From contig NC_087436.1 in assembly GCF_036321535.1 (NCBI RefSeq), forward strand, positions 113,834,001-113,898,000: a stretch of DNA of 64,000 nucleotides, given 5' to 3'. Of this stretch, positions 26,897 through 39,570 are shown one piece after another. The notes under the pieces were generated by a model. The model had not been told where the DNA came from. It saw only the letters and a program-made list of their open reading frames with translations, and ran no database searches. The DNA is from Camelus dromedarius. Lineage: Eukaryota. How positions within the stretch are numbered: the first letter of the stretch is position 1; every line of letters begins with the position of its first letter. Made by a program: the position numbers and the translations under genes.

Positions 26897-29794
26897 AGGG
26901 GAGATGCTATGAAGCACAGACAGGGAGAGAGGAAGTAAATAGTGGAAGAAAAGCAGTCAATAAAGTCTAGGGTGTTGAGCTAGACCCTGACGCGAGCATC
27001 TGGGGCTCAACCCCACAGGAAACATCTGAGGAATCTTGTAGAATGTGCCTCAGGATTGTCCCTCTGAAGCACAGGAAGCTGTGGCATTCACTCTTCTATT
27101 TCTGTTCACTACAGGGGTGGGTGGTGACTACCCCAGCATTCCCCAGCTGTACTTCCTCCTGGGATTAGAAGCTCTTCAAACCTTAGAGTGAACCCTGAAA
27201 GAAAAAACAGGGATGGGTGCAGCAGAAACACTTGACATGCCCACCAGAGCTTTGCTTAAATTCCACGAGCCAAGAGAATGGTTTAGGGGGCATCGGGTGG
27301 GCCCCAGAATGTCTCTGCAGCACTTCTTATCTAATCTTCACAGTGTTCTGGACTTTGACCCATCACAGTCCATACAGTGCTTCAAAAGTTGCAGAGGACT
27401 TTCTCATTCATTACTTGGTCTCCTTGATCACCCTAGTCATTAGGTAAGGGCAGTGCCTCTTCCTGAATCTTAGAGAAGGTGTGAACCATAGAGGGGCTGA
27501 GTGCTTGACCAAGGTCCTTCAGGTGGCTGCAAAGCGGGGCCAGAACTCTAGTTTCTGGGCTCTCCATTCAGTTCTCCTTTAGCTTCACCAGTGCTGCAGT
27601 CTTTGTCTATTCTCCTCAGTCTTGGGATTCTTGCAATGAGAAAAATGAACTACTAAAGAAATAGCATTAAAATAGTCCCAAGTTAGATCTGCAGGAAATC
27701 AGCTAGGATCTGTGCATGTCAGAAATGAGAAGCAGATATGCAAGGAAGAGCCTGGACTAGGAGTCTAAACAGCCAGGCTCTAATTTTGGCTCCACCACTA
27801 ACCAGCCATGCAAACTTCTTTTCCGTTCTAAGTATTTCATTTTATCCTTTCATCAAATGAAAAATTCTACTTAAATAAGTAGTATTTTGTTTTTTGTGTG
27901 TTGTTATTGTTTTTGTTTTGTTTTTTATGATGGTGTCAACTGGGTAGCAAATCTATTAATTACTATAGGGGCACTAGTCTGTTGAAAGAACATTGGCTTT
28001 AAAGTCGGGGAGAGGAGTGCCATCTTGGTTTCACTTGAGTAGTGTGATCTTGGGCAAGTGACCTGGCTTTTCTGAAGTTTTATTTACTTACATCTTGAGT
28101 GAACCTAATATTTATCCTGAAGCATTAGATAGAAAGTAGAGAAAATATATGTTCAGTTATTCTACCGTTGCCTTACACATATAACACCCCGAAGATAACT
28201 GCTATTGTTATAGTTGCTCATGGTATCTTTATTAGATTTACATCAGATAAGCTGTCTTATTTTATCTAACTCTTTTACAAGTTTGCTCACTAATATATTA
28301 ACTTACTTAAATTAAGCATAAGGGTAAAATTTATAACTATATCATCTCTGTTATAAGCATTAAGAAGGTGTAAATATTTCTTTACTTTCTCCTATTTTCC
28401 ACAGATAAATCCAGGAATCTCTATTTGGCATTATAACTAATAAAGGCATGAATGCCAACATTTTTTGTATACACTCAAAAAAAGAAAATATCAGCTTGGA
28501 TGATTGATAATTACCCCTCCATTCCATTTAATTTAGTGTTATTTTTTTCTACATACATAGATATGAAAACATGATTAAAAAGTCTAGGAAGAGTTGTAGT
28601 TGTCTTAAATCAATTATCACCTTGAAATACCCAGGAAAAGAAGCATACTATCTGGGCTTGAGGCAATTTAGAAGTCACATCAAGTTCACTTAAGGTTACA
28701 GGAATGGGTGTTAACACCTGCACCTCCATCTAATGATGTACGGATTAGCAGCTGAGAGTTAGAGTCACAGGTTAGAAGATGAAAAAAAAATGCAGAATTA
28801 GCGAATATTGAATATAGCCCCCTTTTTTTTTGTCTGTGATGTAGGATCTTAATTTCTCTTGCTATGAAATGGAGACAAATTCACAAGGGGAAGAAACATG
28901 GCAATCTGTGCAAAAGCCCCTTGAGTTCTTCACAAGCCCTTACCTTCCCCAAGGGACCATCAGGGCACTTAGAGGATCATCTTCTCATCTTGGGCTACTG
29001 TGTAAAGTGAATTCTTGTTTAGTCTTGTATTCTCTAGGAGACATCACCAGTTCTGTTTGCTTGAGTTTACTTGGTTAGTTGATTAAAATAATGTGTCCTT
29101 CATCTATTTTCAATATACTTCCATAAGGGACGAATCAGTCCCCCAACAGAATAGTGTGAATAATGTTCAAAGGTTTTGAGCTTTATCAAAGGCCTGAAAG
29201 CCTCATAAGCTACATCATCAAGAGTGGTGACTACTGCAAGGGGGAAGTGAACAGGAAAATTAACAAACAGGAGAAGAGTAGGAAGGAAAATGCCTTAGAA
29301 CATGGCAGGACTGGTAGGTCATCTAGTTGGAGACTTTGCCTTATGCATCTTTATACTGTGGGACCAGCCAAAGTATTTTTTGTTTTTTGTTTGTTTGTTT
29401 GTTTGTTTGTTTGATTGATTACTAACTAAGGCTCTGAAGTACTTGAACATTTCAATTACAAATGAACAAAGTGAAAACAGTACTGGCTTTAGCGTTGAAT
29501 AATTGAGGGCTTGAATGTCACTGCAACCACAGGCCATCTGAAGGGGCTTGAGCAAATCTCGTCAGCTCTCTAGATCTTTTTTCTTTATCTGTAAATGATG
29601 AGAGAGAAAAATAAAGATCTACCTTGAATAAAGTGTTACCAGCTACTTAATCGTTATTTGAGGAACTTGGGCATGTCCTTATAGAGTCTCTTCATTTCTC
29701 CAATCTATGCTCTTTCTGTGAGCTACATCCCCCATCCACTGTTCCCATGTTGTGTGACTCACAAGAAAAGAACAACTGTCAATCACACAGTGAC

Positions 29795-30030
29795 TGGTGG
29801 ATAAAAGCTTTGGCTCTAGTGTCTAGCAGACCTGCATTGAGTTGCTCCATGAGAAACTAATCTCATGACCTTAATTAAGCAAATGTTGCCTCTCTAAGCC
29901 TCAGTCCCAACATCCATAAAAAGGGTAATAATAATCGAAAGACTTTATGAGTATTAAATGAGAAACTGCATTCCAAGCACTTAGCACAAGGCCTTGTATG
30001 TAGCAAATCTCAGTAAATGTTGATTATCAT
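29795..30030 (+). mobile_element. MIR SINE, near full length
   Basis: ggctctag..cagacctg..ctctctaagcctcagt..catccataaaaagggtaata..gagtattaaatgag..aagcacttagcaca..ctcagtaaatgtt. Confidence 0.8.
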
Positions 30031-33000
30031 TAGTATGCATAATTTTAAGCCAGGTAAACTAAGAGCTCCAGGAAAACAAAAGAGTAAATATTTGTAAGAT
30101 GAAATATCAATTATTTAGTTTACTAACCAAACATAGATGAAAATAAATAATATTTAACTTAGCGAAGCCCAAAGATAGAAAGATGTTGACTACAAATGAT
30201 ACTTAGGGAAGTAGTATAACTTTCACTTAAGGGAAAATTAAGGTTTGGGGAAGCTATTACAATGGCTTACTAACAGTTTTCCCCATGTGCAAATTATACG
30301 CTTTAATCCAGGTAACACAGAGCACATAAAATTGTCTTCTTAGAATTCAAATTGACCACCCAATGCTCCTACTTAAATCTATGATGAAGTCTAAGTTCTT
30401 CAACATGGCTAATAAGATATCCTCAATCTGCCTACCTCTGCAGGCTTTCCTCTTTCTACTCTTCCCCTCCTATTTTACATCCTAGTTATACTTACCATTT
30501 TTCAGAACATGAGACAGAAAACACTTCCTGTTGCTTATGGTCTTTGTACCTATAGTTTCTTCTCCCTGGAAGCATGTCTTCTCCTTAACTGTCCCCAGTG
30601 CTAAGCTCCCCTTCCTCTTTTACATACCTAACCCCGGTTATCCTTCATGTCTTAGTTCAAATAGTTTGACCCCTCTTCTTCAAAACTTTGTGTTCCCCCA
30701 CTGAAATAGTCAATAAGCATTTTTGTTATTAAAATTATCCCTCATTATCCAAATTTAACTTGTTCCTGAAATTATGTTGGATGACAAATTTTGGGAGAGC
30801 TTGGGCCCACATTTTATTTTCTTTAAGTTAAGAGAAGAATCATGTCTGCCCAGATTGTGGCATCCAGACCATCACTTACTATCACAGGTGTGAATCAGAT
30901 ACAAACTACATTTTCCTCCTCCATTGAAACCAATGCATCCTGTAATGAAAACAAACCATAAAATATATTAAAAGGTATGATAAATGAAAATGGAGTTTAG
31001 AAAAGTAAAATCAATAAACAACACAAATTTAAAATGTTATCTATCCATTGAAGGGCTTGAGTGAGGTTTGGTGAGGAGAAATGGTAGATGGAGAGGATTG
31101 TCATATCATTGGTTGCTAGATCATGGTAAAAAGGAAGGGAAGGAGCTGGTGAAAAAAATGAGTGAAATAGTAAATACCTCAGATTTGCTCATATCCAAAC
31201 TTGAGGAGCTGACAAAGTCTTTCTCTTGGAGTTTGTGATTCAAGAAATAGAGACCTGTAAATCAGCTTCCAAAGTTATAGACCAACCAACCATAATAATA
31301 GGGAAAACTAAATACAAGCTTCTATTTTTGTTTCTTTTGTTCATAGTTACACAGCTAGCAATAACAAGATATTGAATTTATAATTGCATTTTTAATGTGG
31401 TACCTCTGCCTCTGTCATAGTGATGCTTGTTTACAACAATCATTTTGTCTGAATGATCCATAATTTCTTTTAAAGCTTTGTCATCGACTATTTCATTGTG
31501 CTTTTTCCTCTTCCAGCTTCCTGAAAATATTTTCACTTAATAATATTGGGAAGGTGGTAGCAATAATTCTCATCATGTTTAAATGACATGAGCACTAAAT
31601 TATATCCTTATAAGAGAACATGAGGTATTACTGAAGCTTGATCCACATCAGTTTCCAGGATTTCCATGTAACTTGGACGTTTTCACTAGCACACGCATAC
31701 AGGTTTTGCATGTTTTATATCAAATGATGAAATTCACATAAAAATTCGAGAGTATGAGAATTTAGTTAGGGGTAGTTCTACATTTCAGGATGTTTTTAAT
31801 TACCTGTCTAGTCCATCAGGTTCTAAGTTGTTCTCTGTGAAATCTATTGACTTTGTCTTCATTGTGGTGTCATATTGGGGCTATATTTTCTCTTAACAAC
31901 TCAGAACCACTTGTTGTCCTTTTTTATACTCTTCCTTGTACTATCAGAGCTGAAGAGTGGAAGCTACACTTACCAAGCTGTCTTGCCATCATGGTTCTGT
32001 TTCAGTAGTGCTAATTGTAAAGCAGGGGCATGTTATTGGAAGATAGACAAGAGGCACATGTCTTGATAGGGGAAGAGCAGTGGCTTCAGACTTGTACTTG
32101 TTGGTTTCTGCTGCAACAGGGGTGGTTGTGTGAGGGCAGCACCAGTAGACCCCCAGCATCTGCAGCAGCTAAGCACCTGTGTGGCCTCTTGCAGCAGCAG
32201 CAGCAAACCAGGGGCAGAACCCTGGTCAGTGATAGCTACTTCCTGCAGTTCTAGAGTTCTGGGCAAGAATGCCAACTCCCCCCCTTTTTTTTATCCTTTC
32301 AGATCTTCCAACAATATTGTTATCTAACTTTCAGTATTAAATTCCTCTTGTTTGAAATACATGCAGTCATTTCCATTTTCCTTGCCAAAGCCTGACTCAT
32401 ATAATCATTCAATACAGGGTATCTGAGATCTTGGACATAGACTGACACACAGTTAGTACTTTAAAAATCAATATAGGAAAGAATAAATAATCTATAGTTA
32501 GTGAGTGATCTAGTTAAGACTTGAATTCAGGTGTTACACAGATTCCACGCTTCCATACTGAATTTCCAGGTGAATGAGAGTTTGAAGGAGTCCTGCAAGT
32601 GAAGTGTCAGACCTAGAAATGTGGTTGATTATGCAAAGATTTACATTTATATATGGAATTGAACTGCAGTCCTATTCATGCAAATGTTAATCTATTTTAT
32701 GAAGTGTGTTTTCTTTAATTCTATTAGCCATCTAAACATCTAAGTGCAGAAAATTGTGTTGAAAACCCTTGAAAATAGTAGTTCTCTTTTAGGATGGGTG
32801 ATATATATTTTGGCTTGTTAGCAATGATGTGTTCTCATCCCAATGAGGTCAGGAAGTAGAGTGAAGTATAAGGATGAAGATTTGGGGGAAAGAAAATGTA
32901 ATTAATTTAACCAACTTTAATTGTTTTTGGTATAGAAATAAGATGTAGACATACACATATGTACCTATATAAAAATTATATTCAATTCCATTTTATTTTA

Positions 33001-34581
33001 TACTACTTAAATCAAACATATTTATTGGAAAATCCATATTGATGGTAATATACCAGCACTACACTTAGAAAAAGAATGTTTCTTATGCTTTGAGAAGGAA
33101 GTTTTCAGGAGGAAGACAGAGTGACAGAAGTAGTGCCCCCATGAGGGCATTTATTGGCATCAGCTGGGATATAGGATGCAAGAGTGACTGGAGGAGTCCT
33201 TTCCACATCATGAACCTTCAAGTCAACTGAGCCCAACAGATGCACAAACCATGAACTCAGTGACTAAGATTGAGGCGTGACCTGGGTGTCTCAAAGATGT
33301 TTGAAGTGCTTATGCCAACTCACTCATTAGTCTCTGCCCACTCTTCTTTGGATTCATTTCATCCCCAGCTTATGTCTCAAATCTTTCTTGTATTGACATT
33401 CCTCTTTATAAGCCTTTGGTCTTGGGATTTGCTTCTCATCTCTTCAGCTACTGACTTGGCTCCCACTCAGAACAGGCTTGGATTATCTTTGGCTTAAGGG
33501 CCAGGCTAGCAGGCACTGAAGTGTCTAATGGTGAGCCCATTTCTGTCTGGTCTACCTCATCTTTCAGTATTAAGGGAGGAGTAGAGGGGGGTTTCAGACA
33601 GGTGGAAGAAAAGATAGAGTGGAATGTATTAAAATTATACAGGGCCTTATGAATAATTGGCTGAGGAACATAGCAGTATAAAATTTAAGAAACTGTTTAT
33701 TCTTTCTGCTTCGGCTCTGAGTATTTATAAAAGAATTTACCAAGAATATGAAGAATGCTACATTCTTTGTAGGGAAGGGACAATTGGCGTCCTGCTTTCT
33801 ACTTGCTGATTTCCCTTCACCAGCCCCCACCAACCTAAGGCTGAACTCTGGATCTCATAGAAGATTAATAATATCCTTCCTTGAGATTGACAATTTCCAG
33901 CATGCCCAGTTCTACTTTGCAGTGCATGTGAGCAGAGATAATGCAGGAGACTTCCCCACCAAATATTCAGAGTTTAATTACTTGACAAAAGGAACATTCC
34001 TTTTTGCAATTCAGCTACAGAATAATTTCAGGAATGCTAAGTCTTACTAAATCATCTCTTAATTTAAATTTAACAGTGCAGGCTCTTAACCCAAACTCAA
34101 TAAAAATTGTTGCCCGAGGGAAAGGAATTGGGGGGAATGGTATAAGAGAGAGTGGCTTGTATGGAATGAAAGGAAAAGCTCCTGGGTGAAAGAAGAATGT
34201 GTATATGCTCTCTGAGAACCACAAACATTTATTAATGGGTGGGTCCATAAATGATTTGACCCAGGCTAAGTAGGAGAATAAAACCCATTAGAGAAGACAT
34301 ACATTCCTGCAACCAGCTAACAAGCATGCATTGAGGGCCTAATGCACAGCATGAACTCTGCTAAGCAAAGACTATTACCCGTAAAGTAGCCAAAATGATC
34401 TTTTTTTCAAAAAAATATTTAAATAGGATCATGTTACCCCTTTCCATGGATTGCAGTTGAAATATAGTCTAAATCCCTTGCCCTGGCCTATAACACCCTA
34501 TAGAATCCAATCTATCCTTCTTTTCAGTTTTATCCACCTGACTCTTCCTTCTCTCACTATGCTCCTGAAAGACTGGTTTTC

Positions 34582-35695
34582 TGTATTAGTTCCAGTCCTT
34601 AGAAAACAGAGCCAGGCAAAAACTTATGCAGTAGTGCTTTATTTCAGTGTGCCATCACAGGGAAGCAAGAGTGAGGAAAACGTGGGCATGAAGTGGAGAA
34701 AGAGGGAGAACAAGTCAAGGTGGTACCTGGCGAATCTGGCCACTGCACCACAGGAAAGGCCGCTCCTTGCACAGGCTTTTGGACAACTCATAAAGACCAC
34801 AGGGAAAGCACAGCCTATTTTAGAGTTTGTCAGGGAAGGAAGGGTAAAGGATTTATCTTCTGCTTCCTTCCCGCCCCATATCTAATTAGTCAAAGTCTTT
34901 CCTGAAGAGTGCTAATTTCTGTTAACTTCTGGACTATGTAACCCAGATGCCCTGGAGAGCTAATGGAAAGACCTGAGTTTCTGTGGGCCCAGCTGATGGC
35001 AGACCTGGATGCTGGAGCTGCTCCAGTTCTGTCTCGGCTGGCTCAGAGGAGATCTCACCTCAGCGGCTCAATAACTGGTGGTGAAAAGAAAGTAGGCATG
35101 CTTGTAGTGGTCTATAATCCCAGCCAGGGCTTTGCGACTCTGAGGAGCAAAGGAATCATCATGGGGGCTGGGAAGCAATCCTGCAGCAGAGGCCTGGTAC
35201 ATGAACCGGAGTTCTCCAAAGAAACAGAAGCAGTAGGAAAATATTTAATGTAAGGGATTGGCTCACACTATTATGAAGGCTGAGAAGTTCCACAACCTGC
35301 CATCTGCAAGCTGGAGACCCAGAAGGCTGGTGGTGCAGTTTAAAGGCCTATGAGCCAGAGAGCTGATGGTATAGTTCTTAGTCTGGGACTGAAGCCCTGA
35401 GAACCATGAGTATCCAGGGCAGGAGAAGATTGAGATCCCAGCTGAAGCAGTCAGACAGAGTGCAAATTCAACCTTCCTCCCCTTTTTGTTCTATTCAGGC
35501 CCTCAGTGGAGTATGTGAAGCCCATCCACACCAGGAGGGCAATCTGCTTAACTTAGTCCACTGAGTCACATGCTAATCTTCTGGAAACTTCCTCACAGAC
35601 ACACCTAAACATAATGTTTAATCAGATTTCTGGGCATACTGTGGCATACAATTAACCATCATACCTCGGGACAAGTGAGGCTGATCCACTGTATC
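34582..35695 (-). mobile_element. LTR33-like ERVL LTR interrupted by MLT2B, itself splitting an L2
   Basis: aaacagagccaggcaaaaacttatgc..gctttattt..cagggaagcaagagtgagg..agggagaacaag..ctggccactgc; L2-like sequence on both flanks. Confidence 0.5.
35200..35663 (-). mobile_element. MLT2B-like solo LTR
   Basis: gttctccaaagaaacagaagcagtagga..ttggctcac..gctgagaagttccacaacctgccatctgcaagctggagacccag..cctcacagacacacc..aattaaccatcata. Confidence 0.9.
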
Positions 35696-35699
35696 TCAT

Positions 35700-36150
35700 A
35701 GCCTGGGTCCAGTCCACCTCTTTTCTGCTCTTGGCACAGGCCTGGCTCATTCTCAGCTTAGGACTTCTATACTGTGTCCTACACATGGAACACCCACTGC
35801 ATCCTCTTGTGAGAAAACTTTTCTTCTAGATCTTCTCATCCTTGGATCTTGGCTCAAACATCACTTCCTCAGAGAAGCCCTCCCTGACCACCCTGTCAAC
35901 TGTAACACCCTTTCCTCCTAAACCCTCTTTATCCTATTTCATTGTATTTTTTTGTTTTCATAAAACTTATTACTACCTAAAATTATTTTATTTGTTAAAT
36001 GATTTACATATTAATGTCTGCCTCCCTTTCCCATGAATTATAAGCTCTATTAGATAGGGAATTTATCTGTCTTATTCGTCATCTATTCCTAGTCTCTAAA
36101 ATAAAATTGAGATAGAGTATGTGCTTAATATTTATTTATTGTATTGAGAA
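35700..36150 (+). mobile_element. L2 LINE 3' portion
   Basis: ctcaaacatcacttcctcagagaagccctccctgaccaccctgtc..gtctgcctcc..taagctctat..gtcttattc. Confidence 0.8.
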
Positions 36151-36444
36151 TAAATAGAGGAAAAAGAATAATATGTGCATGGTCTCCACCAATGAGGAAT
36201 TCCAGATATTGTAGGGGAGACATATATTCAATATCAAAACAGAGAGACACAGGCTCAGTTTGCAGTGGATTCAGGGTGATAATGATCACAGCAGAGACAC
36301 CACTTCAGACTGAAAGTAGGAAGTCTCACTGGGTGATTGATGCTTGAGCAAAGTCTCAGAGACCCACAGGGAGTCAGCCAATCAGAGATGGTGGAGAACA
36401 TTGCATCCACTTGTTCAATCCCAAGGTAAAGCTTAAAATCCTAA

Positions 36445-36655
36445 ATTGTGCCTGAGTTTGAATCCTGCTCTGCAATCACTAGCTCTGTGGCCTCAGATTA
36501 TACAGATATATACTCTTTGCCTCTGTCTCCTCATCAATAAATGGGAGTAATATTAGCAGTCATCATAGGCTTGATGTGGGGAATAAATGAGAATATTCAT
36601 ACACAGTGCTAAGCTCAGAACCTGGCCCATTGTAAATGTCCAATGCATGCTAACT
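36445..36655 (+). mobile_element. MIR SINE
   Basis: gcctgagtttgaatcctgctctgcaatcactagctctgtggcct..cctcatcaataaatgggagtaata..gaataaatgag. Confidence 0.8.
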
Positions 36656-36679
36656 GTAGTACCAGGACTAAGACTTTTT

Positions 36680-37295
36680 AATTTGTGGATTGCCTAATAA
36701 GTACCAGTCATTTAAAGTCCTTGGGTGTAGGGTGGCTTTGCTTGCAGACCCAGTCCCTTCCTCATAGAGCTGTTATAAGCAGATGCTAAACAAACAGATA
36801 ATTAAAAAGTCTTTTTAAAATGTGAATACTGTGTGTAAAGCAGTGAAGCAGGAATGAAGAATACCCAGGGGGACAGTCAACTAAGGCTCACTGAGGGGAT
36901 GACATTTAAGCTGAGATCTGAAGGCTGAGCAGGAGATAGTCATAGAAAGAAGCAGGATTAGGAAGCAGCGAGAACAAAGGCTGTGAGTTTTGAAGGTAGA
37001 AAGAGGGTTGTGTCTGAAGCTCTGGAAGAATGATCGATGTCTAGAGGGCAGAGATAAGGGTGAGGAGGTTTGCAATGAGTCTGCAGAGATGAACAGAGAC
37101 AGATCATGCTGAGTCTTGAAGGCCAGCTCGAAGGATTTGGATTTACTTTAAAGCACATTGGAAGTTCATCATATGGCTTCAAGCAAATGAATAACAAGAC
37201 CCAGTCAGGTTGTTAGAAGACCCCTAGGGTCCCTATGTGGAGAATGGATTGGAGGTAGCCAAAAGCAGGAAGAAGGAGGCCAGTGAGTGGGCAGT
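36680..37295 (-). mobile_element. L2 LINE fragment
   Basis: gtcccttcctcatagagct..gacatttaagctgagatctgaagg..cagatcatg..aaggatttggatttacttt..tgtggagaatggattggagg. Confidence 0.8.
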
Positions 37296-38185
37296 AAATA
37301 GCAGACCCTAGAGCTGGAGGTTGACATCACAAGATGTTCATCTTTCAGATGGTTTCTTTGGAACCATTGGAGATTTACATCTCCTTTCCAGTGGCTGCTT
37401 CCTGAAGTACATGAAGAGCAGGTGATGCACGACTGTACTCCAGAATCCAGGGGCGAGGTCCATAGTCAGAGCTAAGTGAGTCTTCTTTGGGACATTCACA
37501 GACACTGAGTTGTATGACCCTCCTGACTTTTAATCATGAATTGCTAAGTCTTAATGCTGTGTAGTCACGGTGGTCAACTGCTTTGGTGGTCAAAGTGATT
37601 AATCTGTTTAATTATCAGGTGACACTTGTTAGATTTTATTGTGACCCTCTGTGCCATCCCCTCCCATAAAACTTCACCTGGGCCCAATGACAGAGATGAC
37701 CTGGTTAAAAATCATAAGCTATTCATCAAATTGAAGTACTTCTTCTGGGAGAAGCTAATGGCTTAGTGTCAAATATCAAACATCAGTTGAAATAAATTGA
37801 AAGCACATTATCTCCTGTGATCTTATAAATTGTGTATATTGAAAATATGTTTTTTAAAAACCCTTGCCAAATGCCAAAAATATGTTAACTGATAAAACAT
37901 CATTATCCAAAGATGAAGTTAAATAGCATCATCATAATCACCATCATCATCACATCACAGCAACAGAAACAATCATTAGCACACACTGGTGCAAGTTAAC
38001 TGTGAAGTTTCTGGACATGATCCTCAGAGTAGGTCATCTGAAAACCTAGAAAATAAGGAAAATTGTTCACTGGGTCTTCACAGCTCATAAGGTTCTGAGC
38101 AACATTAAATTACTTTGTTACTAAACCTGAAACAGAATACTTCCAAACTTTGTCTTTATGTATTTTTCCCCCTCAAAAAAATGTT

Positions 38186-38854
38186 TCTTCAAAAGAATTG
38201 AAATCAGGATAAACTAGAGTTATCTGCACCCCATGTTCATTGCAGCATTATTTACAATAGCTAAGACATGAAAACAATTTAAGTGTCCATTGATGGATGA
38301 CTGAATAAAGAAAATGTGGTATTTGCATGCAATGTAATATTTTTCATCCTTTAAAAAGGAGGAAATCTTGTAATTTGTGACAACATGACTAAAACTAGAG
38401 GACATTATGCTAAATGAAATAAGTTAGTCTCAGAAGGACAAATACTGCATGATTCCACTTGTATGAGGTATCTAAGATAGTCAAGTGCATGGAAATGGGA
38501 AATAGAATGGTGGTTGCTAGGATGTGGAGAATTGTTACTTAATGAGAATAAAGTTTCATATATGCAAGATGAATCATTTCTAAAGGTCTGTTATACAACA
38601 AAGCACTTATAGTTAATACAGTATTGTGCACCTGAAGATATATTAAGAAAACAGATCTCATTAAATGTTTTTAACAAACATACAACACGAAAGAATGCAA
38701 GGACATTTTTGGAGGTGACGGACGGTTTTAGAAACTTGATTGTGGTGATGGTTTCAAGGGTGTATGAATATGTCCAAATTCACCAAGACATATATATAAA
38801 TTAGTGTAATTTCTTATATATCAATTATACCTAAATAAAACTTAAAAAAAAAAA
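38186..38854 (+). mobile_element. L1 (L1MA/MB-type) 3' end
   Basis: tctgcaccccatgttcattgcagcattatttacaatagctaaga..gtgtccattgatggatga..ttccacttgtatgaggtatcta..tcaattatacctaaataaaacttaaaaaaa. Confidence 0.92.
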
Positions 38855-39350
38855 GTTAACATAAGAAGTGATTGTCCAGAAACAGGCTCATGTCTGCGAG
38901 CATCACTGTGAAGCAGGCATTTCTTTATCTCCTGTCTGCTCATCTTTGCTGGTCTAATAGACTGACTAGAGTTGGGATGGCTCTTTCAGATCTGTCACTG
39001 AAACCTTTGTCTTCTCTTAATACTGTCCACATGCATTCTGTTTTCAAGTCATTTTCAACTTTTTTATAATTCTTCTAACTCCTTATGCCCTTCTCTTGTC
39101 TGAGCCTAGCCTTTTTTCTCCCTAGAAAATCTTTCTTATCTCCCATTTTCAGCTATACCTTCTCTCATGCATTCTTCAAAACATGGGTTTTTCTCCTGAA
39201 AACATTGTCTTGAAGAATCTCTCTTTGTTCTTCTAAATCTCTTCTCCTCCTCCATGACTATTTATTCAATAATCACGCATGAAAACAGGATTTGTTCTAT
39301 GTTAAAGGGACTTAGAGAGATTGTTATGCCAAGAAACATCAGTATGCATT

Positions 39351-39570
39351 GGTGCCCTGGTAAATGCTTAACCACTGGCACTCAGGGAAAAAAAGAAAAG
39401 AAAAGAAAAAGTCTTGATTTGTAGAACTCATAGATTTTGATGGTGAAATACTTCCACTATGGCCAATTTCAAGCTACCAATTTAAGTCCCTCTAGCATGG
39501 AGTTGAGAAGAAATGTACACAATCTCTTGCCAGATCTCTTGCCAGAGCAGGCTGCATCCCAGTACTTTCA
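39351..39570. mobile_element. MER63-like hAT DNA transposon relic
   Basis: ctggtaaatgcttaaccactggc..tgatttgtag..tacttccactatggccaatttcaagctaccaa. Confidence 0.65.

Larger units (their letters stand above)
26345..27320 (-). mobile_element. LTR16-like ERVL LTR interrupted by MLT2
   Basis: cagagcctaagacaatgatttaggttcaag..tggga | gaagcac..gaggaagtaaatagtggaagaaaagcagtcaataaag..ctggggctcaacccc..agaatgtgcctcaggattgtcc. Confidence 0.55.

Noticed and set aside
34451..34885. Longest ORF (144 aa)
   Set aside because: Non-ATG start, spans an L2/LTR junction, no recognisable domain
39522..39546. Short tandem duplications (atctcttgccag x2; similar ones at ~48478-48514 and ~54709-54740)
   Set aside because: Ordinary slippage duplications; two units only, not CRISPR-like arrays
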